Positions 26,439 to 36,151 of a DNA stretch of 64,000 nucleotides are shown here, one piece after another; the first letter of the stretch is position 1; every line of letters starts with the position of its first letter. The stretch spans positions 47,033 to 111,032 of the forward strand of contig DASTSO010000119.1 of the NCBI GenBank assembly GCA_035760645.1, given 5' to 3'. The stretch comes from Gemmatimonadales bacterium. GTDB taxonomy: Bacteria > Gemmatimonadota > Gemmatimonadetes > Gemmatimonadales > GWC2-71-9. The translations under genes were made by a program, and so were the position numbers. The notes beneath the pieces were generated by a model. That model did no database searches and was not told where the DNA came from. It worked only from the letters and a program-made list of their open reading frames with translations.

Positions 26439-27344
26439 TCACCCGTCGCACGCCGGAGCGCCGACGCCGATCGCCGCGAGCAGCGCCGCGGCGGCGCGCT
26501 CGGCCGCCTCCGGCGCCTGCGTGAAGAAGAGCGTCGGCTCGATCACCTCGAGCTCCATCAGCCGGAACGCCCCGTCCACCACGCAGCCGTCCACCCGCGC
26601 GTAGGCGAGCGCGGCCGCACCGCACCCGGTCGCCTCGCCCGCGGCGGCGAGCACCCGCTCGGCCGCCTCGCGCAGCGCCGCGGGCGGGGTCTCGAGGGTG
26701 GTGACGCCGCCGTGCTGCGGCTGGACGCGGAAGTCGCCCGCGCGCGGCCGCTTGCGCACGGCGTGCGAGAAGGCGCCGCCGAAGAAGAGCAGCGACCACT
26801 CGCCCTCCCGCTCGATCTCCGGCAGGTACGGCTGCACGAGCACCGTGCCGGCGGCGAGCGCGCGGAAGCGCGCGTCGTCGGCCGCGGCGCTCGCGCGCGC
26901 GGTGCGCCACGTCTCGTGCGCCGCGGCGGAGACGGCGGGCTTCACGACCACCGCGTCCCAGCCGGTCTCGGCGAGGAGCGCGGCGAGGTCGGCCGGCTCG
27001 CCCGGCTCGACCCAGCGCGTCGGCACCACCGCGACGCCGCGCCCGGCGAGGTCGCGGAGATAGCGCTTGTCGAGGTTCCAGCGGACGACGGGCGGCGGGT
27101 TGAGCACCGGCGTTCCCGCCGCCTCGCGGGCGTCGAGCCAGGCGCGGAAGCCGGCGGGGTCGAGGTAGTAGTCCCAGGTCGAGCGCAGGACGACGGCGTC
27201 GAACGCGTCCCAGGTCACCGCGGGATCGTTCCAGGCGGCGGCGGTCACGCCGCCGCCGCGGCGCGCGAGCGCCGCGGCGAGGCGCTCGTCGTCGGGCTGC
27301 AGCGCGGGCACGGCGGCGTAGGTGGCGAAGGCGAGATGGGGCAT
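26439..27344 (-). CDS. ATP-grasp family ligase (RimK/glutathione-synthetase-like)
   Basis: DKRYLRDLAGRGVAVVPT...VVKPAVSAAAHETWR...LLFFGG matches the ATP-grasp fold. Confidence 0.7.
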   Translation of the reverse strand: MPHLAFATYAAVPALQPDDERLAAALARRGGGVTAAAWNDPAVTWDAFDAVVLRSTWDYYLDPAGFRAWLDAREAAGTPVLNPPPVVRWNLDKRYLRDLAGRGVAVVPTRWVEPGEPADLAALLAETGWDAVVVKPAVSAAAHETWRTARASAAADDARFRALAAGTVLVQPYLPEIEREGEWSLLFFGGAFSHAVRKRPRAGDFRVQPQHGGVTTLETPPAALREAAERVLAAAGEATGCGAAALAYARVDGCVVDGAFRLMELEVIEPTLFFTQAPEAAERAAAALLAAIGVGAPACDG

Positions 27345-27510
27345 GGGCTACAAAGGCGCGAGTGAAGGCAAGCGGTCGACCGTCGGACGAGACGGCGGCT
27401 GCCGCCCACGCACCGAATCGGACGGAATCATAGCGAGGCGTACCGTCTTCGACGACCGCGAGCGCGGCGCGCTCCACCGTCCGCTCGCGAGTCGGCGCTT
27501 CGCGTCAGGT

Positions 27511-27690
27511 CGGCCCCTGAAGGGGCCGCTCGGCCTGCGAGCCCTGAAGGGCTCTCCGAGGCAGCCGTCCTCCGTGCCCACTCCGAGCGTCGTCCGCCCG
27601 GCGCGGTGCTCACGCCCGCAAAGGGCCCTTCAGGGGCCTCAGGCCGAGTGGCCCCTTCAGGGGCCGACTCGCCGAGTGGCGCCTTCAGCC
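27511..27690. repeat. Copy B of the multi-hairpin palindromic intergenic repeat
   Basis: Same arms as copy A: GGCCCCTGAAGGGGCC...GAGCCCTGAAGGGCTC on the left and GGGCCCTTCAGGGGCC...GGCCCCTTCAGGGGCC on the right. It lies directly downstream of the gene ending at 27685. Confidence 0.65.
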
Positions 27691-28146
27691 GCCGACCCGC
27701 GCGACCGGCGCCGGCTTCCCGATCGTCCGCCACGCGATCCACCCCGCCGTCACCAGGTCCCAGCTCAGGCACGGCACCGTCCACCACGTCGGCGCGAAGG
27801 CGCCGCCGGGGCCGGCGTAGTGGAGTGCGACGTCCCAGACGGGGTGCAGCGCCCAGGCGGCGGCGAGCCACCACATCGAGCCGCGCAGGCTCCGGAGCGC
27901 CAGCCCGCCGTAGACCCCGACGCCCAGGAGCTCGAGCAGGAGCCACCGCGGCGATGCGCCCGCGAGTGCGGCGAAGGCGACGTAGACGAGCGCGGCCACG
28001 ACGAGCACCCCGGCGAGGATCCGCCGCGTGTGGCGCGGGACGGCGTAGGCGAGGGCGACGAAGAGGCCGCCGAGGATGACGCCGGCGCGCAGCAGCGCGC
28101 CGAACTCCCGGGTCGTCAGCGGTGGGGCAAACTGGGCCGTGAGCAT
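27685..28146 (-). CDS. Hypothetical 4-TM membrane protein, co-transcribed with the cytochrome c peroxidase
   Basis: Hydrophobic helices. 4-bp gap to the upstream gene. Confidence 0.55.
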   Translation of the reverse strand: MLTAQFAPPLTTREFGALLRAGVILGGLFVALAYAVPRHTRRILAGVLVVAALVYVAFAALAGASPRWLLLELLGVGVYGGLALRSLRGSMWWLAAAWALHPVWDVALHYAGPGGAFAPTWWTVPCLSWDLVTAGWIAWRTIGKPAPVARVGG

Positions 28147-28149
28147 CGG

Positions 28150-29457
28150 TCACTCCTGGGTCGTGGGGGCCGCCAGCAGCGCCGCCGGCGCGGCGATCGG
28201 GCCGTCGAGGGTACGGAGGAACGCGACGAGCTGGGCGCGCTCGACGGCCGTGAGCTCGAGCGGCCGGAGCTCGCTGTGGCCCGCCGGCGCCGCGGGGGCG
28301 CGGTCGTAGTGGCGCACGACGTCGTCGAGCGTCGCGAGCTGGCCCGCGTGCATGTAGGGCGCACGGTCGGCGACGTGGCGGAGCGACGGCGTCTTGTAGG
28401 CGCGCACCAGCTCGGCGCCGCTGTCGGCGGCGAAGCGGAGCTCGCCGCACTGCTCGGGGCGCGCGTCGCTGTAGGGCCCGAGGCAGTTGAACTCGTCGGC
28501 GAGCGCCTGCCGCACGCCGCTCGCGCGGCCGTCGTCGGGCGGGAGCGCGGCGACGGCGGGCACGCCGGTGTTGTGGAAGCTCTGGTCGGTCAGGAGCGGC
28601 CCGTTGTGGCAGTTGGTGCAGTCGCCCTTGCCGATGAAGATCCGGAGCCCCGCGGCCTCGTCCGGCGTGAGCGCGCTCGCCGCGTCGGGCGCGCGGCCGT
28701 GCGTCACCGCGGCGACGTAGCGGTCGAAGCGGCCGGGCCCCGGCTCGAGCCGGCGCTCGTAGGCGGCGATCGCCTTGCCGATGTTGGCGAAGACGCGCGA
28801 GACGTCGGCGCGGCGCGGCGCGGGGAGCCGCTGCCAGGCGGTGCGCCGCACCGCATCCGCCACGGGGCCCGCGCGTCCGGGGAGCCCGGCGAGGTTCGGC
28901 AGCGGGCCGAAGAGCGCCTCGTACTCGGCCCCGTAGTGCGTGGCGACGAGGTGCGCGTACCGGGTGCGGTCGCCGCCGTGCTCGACCGGGCTCTCGAGGG
29001 GCCCGAGCGCCTGCGACCACTGGCTGTCCTTCCGCCCGTCCCAGAACATCCACGCACCGTGGGCCGTGCCGGCGATCGGCATCGTGCGCCGCGCGGTGGT
29101 GCCGACGCCGCGAGCGAGGGGGACGTCGTCCTGGAACTGTCGTGCCGGCAGGTGGCACGTGGCGCACGACACCCGGCCGTTGCTGCTGAAGCGCGTGTCG
29201 AAGAAGAGCCGGTGGCCGAGCGCGACGGCGCGCGGGTCGTCGGCGACGCGGTTCGACGGGTCGGGCGCGAGCGGCGCGAGCTCGGTGAGGGCGAGGGTGC
29301 GCAGCGTGGCGAGCTCGTCCGCCGTCCAGGCGACCGGCGCGCCCCGAGAGCCGCGGGCGCCGCGGGCGCCGCCGAGCGCGGCGAGGGCCGTCGCGGCGAC
29401 GGTCGCGAGGAGCGCCGCGACGGCGGCGAGCACGCGGAAGCGGGACGAGCGCGGCAT
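28150..29457 (-). CDS. Di-haem cytochrome c peroxidase (CCP/MauG family)
   Basis: Two CxxCH haem motifs, CATCH and CTNCH. Signal peptide. Conserved GRVSCATCH context. Confidence 0.85.
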   Translation of the reverse strand: MPRSSRFRVLAAVAALLATVAATALAALGGARGARGSRGAPVAWTADELATLRTLALTELAPLAPDPSNRVADDPRAVALGHRLFFDTRFSSNGRVSCATCHLPARQFQDDVPLARGVGTTARRTMPIAGTAHGAWMFWDGRKDSQWSQALGPLESPVEHGGDRTRYAHLVATHYGAEYEALFGPLPNLAGLPGRAGPVADAVRRTAWQRLPAPRRADVSRVFANIGKAIAAYERRLEPGPGRFDRYVAAVTHGRAPDAASALTPDEAAGLRIFIGKGDCTNCHNGPLLTDQSFHNTGVPAVAALPPDDGRASGVRQALADEFNCLGPYSDARPEQCGELRFAADSGAELVRAYKTPSLRHVADRAPYMHAGQLATLDDVVRHYDRAPAAPAGHSELRPLELTAVERAQLVAFLRTLDGPIAAPAALLAAPTTQE

Positions 29458-29469
29458 GGTTCCGGCGCC

Positions 29470-29922
29470 TCAGAAGACGAGGTTGAAGGCGAGGCTGTCG
29501 CGACCGGCCGCCGGCGCCGCGATGGCGAGCTTCACGTTCCACCAGCCGCCGCGCTCGAAGTCGAGCCCCTCGACCCGGTAGCGCCCGCCCCCCAGCTCGG
29601 CCGCGACGCGCGGCTGCGCGGCGGCGACCCGCTCCTCCTCGGGCATCCAGCTCTCGAGCGCGAGCGCCGCGCCCTCCACCGGCCGGCCCTGGGCGTCGCG
29701 CAGCTCGAGCGTCCACGCCTGGGGCTCGCCGAGCGCGATCGGCGCCGCGCTGGGCAGCAGCGAGGCGCGGTAACGCTCCTGGTGAGACGGGATGTCGGTG
29801 AGGCGCGTGAGCGTGGCCGTCGAGCGCGCCTTCCCTTCGGCCGTCCACAGCGCGGCGGCGGCGAGGGTGATGCCCGCGACCAGGGTGACGTCCCGCATCC
29901 ACTGCACGATCGAGCGACGCAT
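29470..29922 (-). CDS. YtkA/FixH-like domain protein, paralog 1
   Basis: AWTLELRDAQGRPVEGAALALESWMPEE...GGGRYRVEGLDFERGGWWNVKLAIAAPAAG...FNLVF. RBS GGAGG. Confidence 0.6.
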   Translation of the reverse strand: MRRSIVQWMRDVTLVAGITLAAAALWTAEGKARSTATLTRLTDIPSHQERYRASLLPSAAPIALGEPQAWTLELRDAQGRPVEGAALALESWMPEEERVAAAQPRVAAELGGGRYRVEGLDFERGGWWNVKLAIAAPAAGRDSLAFNLVF

Positions 29923-30146
29923 GTGATCCTCCGGTGTGCCGTTGACGTTGCCGTTGCGTGGAGGACAATGTCGTCGCGCAAGGGACGCCCGGCTTGAACG
30001 AACCGGCTGATCTTCTTGAACGTTCGGGCTGACTTTTCCGGGGCGCGCGGGCGAAGCCCCTTCGTTCAAGCCCGCCGGGGAGGCAGGCGATAGGATGACG
30101 TCGCGCTCGATGCGCCAGGACGTCACACTCTCGCCCGGAGGTCACG

Positions 30147-30620
30147 ATGTCGAAGGTCACGCTGCTCGCTCGCCGCCCGTTCCGTCTTCCCGCGCGCCGC
30201 CTCGGCGTCGCCGGCGCGGCGCTCGGCGCCGCGGTGCTTCTCGCCACCCACCTGCACGCGATGATGCAGGCGCCCGCCGATCTCGACTACGCGCGCACCC
30301 GGCTCAGCGCGAGCGGCGCCTACCGCGCGACGATCGCGCCCGAGGCCGATCCGATTCCGGTCGGCCGCCTGCACGCGTGGACGGTGCATCTGGAGACCAG
30401 CGCCGGCCAGCCGGTGGACGGCGCGACGCTGCGGGTGTCGGGCGGGATGCCGCAGCACGGGCATGGGCTGCCCACGAAGCCCCGGGTGACCGCCGCGCTG
30501 GGAGGCGGGGACTACAAGGTGGAGGGGATGAAGTTCAACATGCGGGGGTGGTGGACGGTGACGCTCGCGCTCGCCGCGCCTGCCGGCGCCGACAGCGTCA
30601 CCTTCAACCTCAAGCTCTGA
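30147..30620 (+). CDS. YtkA/FixH-like domain protein, paralog 2 (contains MPQHGHG)
   Basis: AWTVHLETSAGQPVDGATLRVSGGMPQHGHGLP...GGGDYKVEGMKFNMRGWWTVTLALAAP...FNLKL. Confidence 0.65.
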   Translation: MSKVTLLARRPFRLPARRLGVAGAALGAAVLLATHLHAMMQAPADLDYARTRLSASGAYRATIAPEADPIPVGRLHAWTVHLETSAGQPVDGATLRVSGGMPQHGHGLPTKPRVTAALGGGDYKVEGMKFNMRGWWTVTLALAAPAGADSVTFNLKL

Positions 30621-30657
30621 CGGTGCGTCGGCGCTACGCTCCGCGTGACGCGCCCGC

Positions 30658-31815
30658 TCAGGCGGCGGCGACGCCCCCACGAGATGCCTCGTGGAGGCGT
30701 CGCCGCATCGGGCGCCGGGCGAGGTGTTCGACGATCGCGCGCGCGTCGTTGCCGACGCCGCCGATGAGCGAGGAGCGCGGGTTGGTCTGGAAGCGGAGGC
30801 CGAGGAAGTAGAGGCCGGGCACGACGGTGACGCCGCGCCGGTGCACGGGCCGGCCGGCGGTGTCGGTGACGGGGAACGGCTCGAGCCACGGGTAGGCGTT
30901 CCCGTAGCCCGTGCACCAGACGATCGCCGCGACGTCGAGCGCCTCCACCTCGTTCCCGCCGGCGGCGCCGTCGAGCAGCGGCCGCCCGTCGCGCACGCCG
31001 GCGACGCGGCCGGTGCGGCGGATGCCGGCGCGCGCGATCTCGTCGCGCCTGATGCCGACGAGCGGGTCGCCGCCGGTCATCCGGCTCCGCATCCGGCGCC
31101 CGAGGCGGCTGTCCGCGTCGATGCGCCCGCCGATCGGCCAGAGCCAGTCGTAGATGTCGCGGCCGAGGAAGCGGCGGGGAATCGCGCCGGTGTCGCGGCC
31201 GGCGAGGAGGACGCGGGCGGTGCCGCGCCGCGCGGCGGCGAGCTCGAGCGCGATCTGCGCCCCCGAGTTCCCGGCGCCCACGACGAGCACGTCGCCGGCG
31301 GGGAGCTGCGCGGGATTGCGGTAGGCGCTCGAGTGGAGCTGCACGATCGCGGGATCGAGCGCCGCGGCGCACGCCGGGACGCGCGGCACCTGCGCCGCGC
31401 CGGTCGCCACGATCACGTTGGCGGCGCGGAACGTCTCCCCTGCGGTCTCGACGACGAAGCCGGCAGCATCGCCTGCGGCGTCGCCGGCCGCGCGCACCGC
31501 CGCCACCCGGGCCCCGGTGCGCACGGGCAGCGCGAAGTGCCGCGCGTAGCCCTCGAGGTAGTCGGCCACCTCGTCCTTCGCCGGCAGGTGATAGGGCGCG
31601 GCGGGGAAGGGGAGGCCCGGCAGCCCGCTGTAGCGCGCCGGGGTGAAGAGCCGGAGCGAGTCCCAGCGCGCGCGCCACCCGTCGCCGACCCGGGCGGCGG
31701 CTTCGAGGACGACGAAGCGCAGGTCGCGGCGCGCGAGCTCGTGGCCCGCCGCGAGGCCCGCCTGGGCGCCGCCGATCACGACGGCGTCGAGCATCTCCGA
31801 CGGTGCAGGACTCAT
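30658..31815 (-). CDS. Flavin-containing monooxygenase-like oxidoreductase (CzcO/TrkA-C-like two-dinucleotide-binding)
   Basis: FAD motif VIGGAQAGL, second Rossmann motif VVGAGNSGAQIA. Confidence 0.8.
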   Translation of the reverse strand: MSPAPSEMLDAVVIGGAQAGLAAGHELARRDLRFVVLEAAARVGDGWRARWDSLRLFTPARYSGLPGLPFPAAPYHLPAKDEVADYLEGYARHFALPVRTGARVAAVRAAGDAAGDAAGFVVETAGETFRAANVIVATGAAQVPRVPACAAALDPAIVQLHSSAYRNPAQLPAGDVLVVGAGNSGAQIALELAAARRGTARVLLAGRDTGAIPRRFLGRDIYDWLWPIGGRIDADSRLGRRMRSRMTGGDPLVGIRRDEIARAGIRRTGRVAGVRDGRPLLDGAAGGNEVEALDVAAIVWCTGYGNAYPWLEPFPVTDTAGRPVHRRGVTVVPGLYFLGLRFQTNPRSSLIGGVGNDARAIVEHLARRPMRRRLHEASRGGVAAA

Positions 31816-31822
31816 CGTCGTC

Positions 31823-32227
31823 TCACTCCAGCGCGAGGTTGAGGGTGACGGCGTCGGCGCCCGGCGCCGCCGCGATGCCGAGCCGCACGAGCCACCAGCC
31901 CGGCTCGGTGAAGACGAGCCCGGTGAGGCGATACCGCCCCGGCTCGGCCGCGGCCGCCACCCGCGGTGCGCCGGGGAAGCGGAGCCCGCGGCGCGGCATC
32001 CCGCCGTCCACGGCGACCGCCGCGCCCGCGAGCGGCCGCGCGTCGGGGCCCGTGAGGTCGAGCGTCCAGGCCGTCGGCACGCCGAGGGCGACGGGCCGCG
32101 CCGCGGGCGCGAGCACCGCGTGATAGAGCCCGCGCTCGCTGGTGCGCGCGGCCGAGAGGTCCAGGCAGTGCGGGACCGGGCAGCCGCATTCCGGGCCGCA
32201 GCGGCGGCAGCAGGTCGTGGGGTCCAT
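31823..32227 (-). CDS. YtkA/FixH-like domain protein, paralog 3, with a Cys-rich N-terminus (CCRRCGPECGCPVPHC)
   Basis: AWTLDLTGPDARPLAGAAVAVDGGMPRRGLRF...GRYRLTGLVFTEPGWWLVRLGIAAAPG...LNLALE. Confidence 0.55.
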   Translation of the reverse strand: MDPTTCCRRCGPECGCPVPHCLDLSAARTSERGLYHAVLAPAARPVALGVPTAWTLDLTGPDARPLAGAAVAVDGGMPRRGLRFPGAPRVAAAAEPGRYRLTGLVFTEPGWWLVRLGIAAAPGADAVTLNLALE

Positions 32228-32289
32228 GGCCACCGAGTCTAGCGGCCGGCGGCGGGCGGGGCTTGAACGAAGGGGCTGTCGGGGCCGGC

Positions 32290-33105
32290 TCAGTCGCGCC
32301 GGGCGCGCAGCAGCGCGCTCGGCGCCGCGCCGATCATGCGGCGGAAGGTGCGCGTCATGTGCGCCGCGTCGGCGAAGCCGGCGGCGAGGGCGGCGTGCGT
32401 GAGATTCTCGCGGTCGGCCGCGCTGAGGTCGCGGATGGCGCGCTGGAGCCGCTGCCAGAGCACGTAGGTGCGGAACGGCTGCCCCACCTCCTCGACGAAG
32501 AGGTGCCGCAGCCGGCTCGGTGAGACATGGAGCTCGCGGGCTACGTCGGAGAGCGTCACCCGCCCGTCGAGCCGGGCGCGGATCAGCTCGATCGCGCCGA
32601 GGACGCGCGGGTCGGTCGTGGCGCGCAGGGCCGCGGTGCCGGCGAGCTCGCGCACGACCTCGCGCGCCACCGGCTCGAGCCGGGCGCAGTCGCTCGATTC
32701 CGTCCAGGCGCCGTAGAGCCGGTCGGCCGCCGCGCGCGACTCGGCCGCGCCGAGCGCGGTGATGGCACCCGGCGTGGTGCGGGCCGCGAGCGCGCGGCCC
32801 TCGGCGGTCTCCGGATCCACGAAGATGATCGCGAAGCGTCGCTCGGCGGCGTCGATCGCGTGCGGCAGGTCGGCGGGGATGAGACTGCCCGCGTAGTCCG
32901 TCCAGGCGGCGTCGCTGCCGCGTCGGAAGCCGAGCGGCCGGTCGTCGCCGAAGGCGAGCTGGATGGCGTGGTGCGCGTGCACGCTCCCCTGGCTCCCGGC
33001 GCTGCCGATCCAGAGGATCCCGCCGGCCCAGACGCAGACCTGCCCGCGGCCGCCCGCGAGGGGACGGTCGAGCCGGCGTGCCGACGATGGATGGGGGGCG
33101 ACCAT
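32290..33105 (-). CDS. AraC-family transcriptional regulator (cupin-like N-terminus, C-terminal HTH)
   Basis: C-terminal ...LTHAALAAGFADAAHMTRTFRRMIG matches the AraC HTH. Confidence 0.8.
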   Translation of the reverse strand: MVAPHPSSARRLDRPLAGGRGQVCVWAGGILWIGSAGSQGSVHAHHAIQLAFGDDRPLGFRRGSDAAWTDYAGSLIPADLPHAIDAAERRFAIIFVDPETAEGRALAARTTPGAITALGAAESRAAADRLYGAWTESSDCARLEPVAREVVRELAGTAALRATTDPRVLGAIELIRARLDGRVTLSDVARELHVSPSRLRHLFVEEVGQPFRTYVLWQRLQRAIRDLSAADRENLTHAALAAGFADAAHMTRTFRRMIGAAPSALLRARRD

Positions 33106-33257
33106 GATGCAGGGAAAGATACGCCGGGCCGGCGCGGTCGGAAGCAGGTCGTACGAGGTTGCCGACTGCGCGTGGCGGCCTAGATTGGACTGTTCCGAAT
33201 CGATACGAGCACAGCGACGGGCCGCGGGTCCATGACAACGGGACGGGGAGGAAGCGC

Positions 33258-34682
33258 GTGAGCAACGAGCTGAACGAGTCGGCCTTCGACCGATTCGCGA
33301 TGCAGGTGGCACGGGGGTGGAGCCGGCGGAACATGCTGCGGCTCCTCGGCGGCGGCGTGGTCGGCGGCCTCGTCCTCGGCCTCGCCGGATGCGGCTCCGA
33401 CAAGACGGGGCCGAACGACGGCGACGGCGGGGACGGGGGCGACGGCGGCGACGGCGGCGACCCGGGCGACGGGGACGATCCCTATCCGACCTTCGAGTGC
33501 GCCGACCCGGCGACCGACGTGGTCACCGCCGCCTCGCTCGCCGCGGCGCGCACGGCCATCGAGACGCAGGCACCGGTCAAGTGGAACGGCATCCTGCGCC
33601 TCGACGTCAAGCTGAGCCCGGGCGGCTGCGTGCGCTACGAGCGGCTCACGACCGGCACGCCCGGTGTCGACTTCGCCGTCGAGACGCTCTACTCGAACAA
33701 CACGACGCTCGACACCTGGCAGCGGCAGAACGGCGTCACCACGAGCCAGACGTACCGCACGGGCGAGGGCTCGCGCCTGAAGCAGGAGTTCGCGACGGTC
33801 GCCGGCGGTACGAAGGTGGTGACGACCGAGGAGCCGTACTACCTGACCGACCGGCCGACGCGGCGCACGACGCGCACGCCCCTGGGGGCGGACACCGTGC
33901 GCGTCGTCGTCGAGGAGGAGACCGACGGCGGGTTCGTGACGGTGGCGCAGTACGACGAGCCGGCGATCCGCGGCAGCGGCTTCGGCGACGGCGAGGCCGC
34001 GACGGCCCAGGCCCCCTACCGCCGGGCGGGCGTCGTCACGCCGCGGCCCGCGCTGAGCATGCGCGCCGACACCTGCACCGACGCGCAGCGGCAGATGATC
34101 GCCGACCTCATGGCCGACGCCGTGATCCAGGGGACGGACTGCCTCAACAAGCTGGGCCAGCAGGCGCTCTCCGACCGCATGCTGCACGACTTCGTCCGCC
34201 GCAACCGCATCTACAACTGCGTCTCGGGCACGGACTACATCGCCGCGGTGGACACCGGGGCGGGGCCCGACACGCTCGACCTCTACATCAACATCTCGCA
34301 GCTCCCGAACGGCCAGGCCTGGGAGCAGATGAGCACCTTCTTCCACGAGCTGCTGCATCTCTCGGCGGGCGGGCACGACAAGGAGATCGAGGCGCGCTCG
34401 AAGCGCCTGCCGCACGCCGACCAGATCTACGGCTGCGAGATGGCGTGCTTCCAGCCCAATGCGAGCAAGTGCACCTGCGCGGCGTGCGTGAAGACGAACG
34501 TCTGCGACCGTCGCTGCGCCGGCTTCAAGGACTGCACCGCGCCGACCGAGGTCGGGGCGATGTGCGAGGTGAACGCGACGACGCGCACGTGGTACGAGTC
34601 CTCGGTCGAGTGCGAGGCGGGGTGCATCGGCGGTAGCTGCAAGAAGCACTCGCTCGACTGCGACCAGTGCACCTCGAACTGA
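33258..34682 (+). CDS. Tat/lipoprotein-signal secreted protein with an HExxH motif and a Cys-rich C-terminal domain
   Basis: GTG at 33258 after GGGGAGG. SRRNMLRLLGGG...LAGCGSD, then an Asp/Gly-rich linker. FFHELLHLSAGGHD. The C-terminal 90 aa carry about 16 Cys. Confidence 0.6.
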   Translation: MSNELNESAFDRFAMQVARGWSRRNMLRLLGGGVVGGLVLGLAGCGSDKTGPNDGDGGDGGDGGDGGDPGDGDDPYPTFECADPATDVVTAASLAAARTAIETQAPVKWNGILRLDVKLSPGGCVRYERLTTGTPGVDFAVETLYSNNTTLDTWQRQNGVTTSQTYRTGEGSRLKQEFATVAGGTKVVTTEEPYYLTDRPTRRTTRTPLGADTVRVVVEEETDGGFVTVAQYDEPAIRGSGFGDGEAATAQAPYRRAGVVTPRPALSMRADTCTDAQRQMIADLMADAVIQGTDCLNKLGQQALSDRMLHDFVRRNRIYNCVSGTDYIAAVDTGAGPDTLDLYINISQLPNGQAWEQMSTFFHELLHLSAGGHDKEIEARSKRLPHADQIYGCEMACFQPNASKCTCAACVKTNVCDRRCAGFKDCTAPTEVGAMCEVNATTRTWYESSVECEAGCIGGSCKKHSLDCDQCTSN

Positions 34683-36151
34683 TCGCGCGGGTCCTGCTCG
34701 CGGCGACCTTCGCCGTCGCGGGCGGGGCCAAGCTGCGCGACCGTGCGGGCTTCCGCGCGGCGCTCGCCGGCTTCGGCGTGCCCGCGCGGCTGCTCGCCCC
34801 GCTCGCGGCGGTGCTGCCCGTCGTCGAGCTCGCGGCGGCCCTCCTCCTCCTCCTGCCGGCCACGGCGCGCGCGGGTGCGCTCGCGGGCGCCGCGCTTCTC
34901 CTCGGCTTCACCGGCGCGATCGCCTGGAACCTGGCGCGCGGGCGCCGGCCCGACTGCCGCTGCTTCGGCCAGCTCTCGGCGCGGCCCATCGGCGCCCTCA
35001 CGCTCGCGCGGAACGCCGGGCTCCTCGGCCTCGCCGCGCTCGTCGCCGCGGTGGGGCCGGGCGGCGGCCCCGCGCTCGCCATGCCCGGCTCGGCGCCCAC
35101 GAGCGGGTTCGAGCGGCTCGCGCTCGCCACGGCGGTCGTGGGCGGCGCGCTCCTCCTCGCGCTCGCCTGGCTCGCCATGCAGCTCCTCCGGCAGCAGGGC
35201 CGGCTGCTCGCGCGGGTCGCGCTGCTCGAGGGCCGCGTCGCGGCGCTCGCCGCGAGACCCGGCGCGCCGGCGGGCGAGCCGGGCGCGCCGGGGCCCGTGG
35301 CCGCGGGGTCCCTCGCGCCGCGCTTCGCACTGCCGACGCTCGCGGGGGGCGAGGTCTCGCTCGACGGCCTGCTCGCCGCGGGGAAGCCGGTGCTGCTCGC
35401 CTTCGTGGATCCGGCCTGCAAGCCGTGCGGCGCGCTGCTGCCGGAGCTCGTCCGCTGGCGCCGGGAGCACGCCGACCGACTCACCGTCGCCGTCGTCTCG
35501 CGCGGCCCGCTCGAGGCGAACACCGCCAAGCTGGGCGGCCACGACCTGGGCGACGTCCTCCTGCAGCGCGCCGACGAGGTGGCCGACCGCTACGGCGTGA
35601 TGGCGACGCCGGGCGCGGTGCTCGTGCGCGCCGACGGCCGCATCGGTAGCGCGCCGGCGCAGGGCGACGAGATCGCGCGCCTCGTCGCGCGCGTGGCGGC
35701 CGAGCCGCGCCCGCTCGCCGTGGGCGACGCGGTGCCCGAGCTGCGCCTCGCCGACGCCGAGGGCCGCGAGGTGGCGCTCGCCGCGCTCGCCGCGCTCGCC
35801 GCGGACCGCGAGCGGCCGACGGCGCTCCTCTTCTGGAGCTCGGCGTGCGCGCACTGCCAGGCACTGCTCCCGGTGCTCGAGGGATTCGTGGCGCGGCCGC
35901 CCGCCGGCGCGCCGGCGCTCGTGCTGGTGGAGACCGCCGCGCGCGAGGCGGCCGCACGGCCCCCGGCGCTCGACGCGCCCGTGCTCTTCGACGCCTCGGG
36001 CCACGCGCTCCGGCTCTTCGGCGCGCGCGGCACGCCGTCGGCCGCGCTGATCGGCGCCGACGGACGGCTCGCCGTGCCCGTGGCGGGCGGCGGCCGCGGC
36101 GTGGCCGAGCTGCTCGGCCTGGTGCGGGGAGCGCAGTCCCCGGCCGCGTGA
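34667..36151 (+). CDS. MauE/DoxX-like membrane domain fused to two thioredoxin-like (TlpA/redoxin) domains
   Basis: N-terminal 4-TM MauE-like region (LAATFAVAGGAKL). CxxC motifs CKPC and CAHC. Overlaps the upstream stop. Confidence 0.75.
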   Translation: MHLELIARVLLAATFAVAGGAKLRDRAGFRAALAGFGVPARLLAPLAAVLPVVELAAALLLLLPATARAGALAGAALLLGFTGAIAWNLARGRRPDCRCFGQLSARPIGALTLARNAGLLGLAALVAAVGPGGGPALAMPGSAPTSGFERLALATAVVGGALLLALAWLAMQLLRQQGRLLARVALLEGRVAALAARPGAPAGEPGAPGPVAAGSLAPRFALPTLAGGEVSLDGLLAAGKPVLLAFVDPACKPCGALLPELVRWRREHADRLTVAVVSRGPLEANTAKLGGHDLGDVLLQRADEVADRYGVMATPGAVLVRADGRIGSAPAQGDEIARLVARVAAEPRPLAVGDAVPELRLADAEGREVALAALAALAADRERPTALLFWSSACAHCQALLPVLEGFVARPPAGAPALVLVETAAREAAARPPALDAPVLFDASGHALRLFGARGTPSAALIGADGRLAVPVAGGGRGVAELLGLVRGAQSPAA

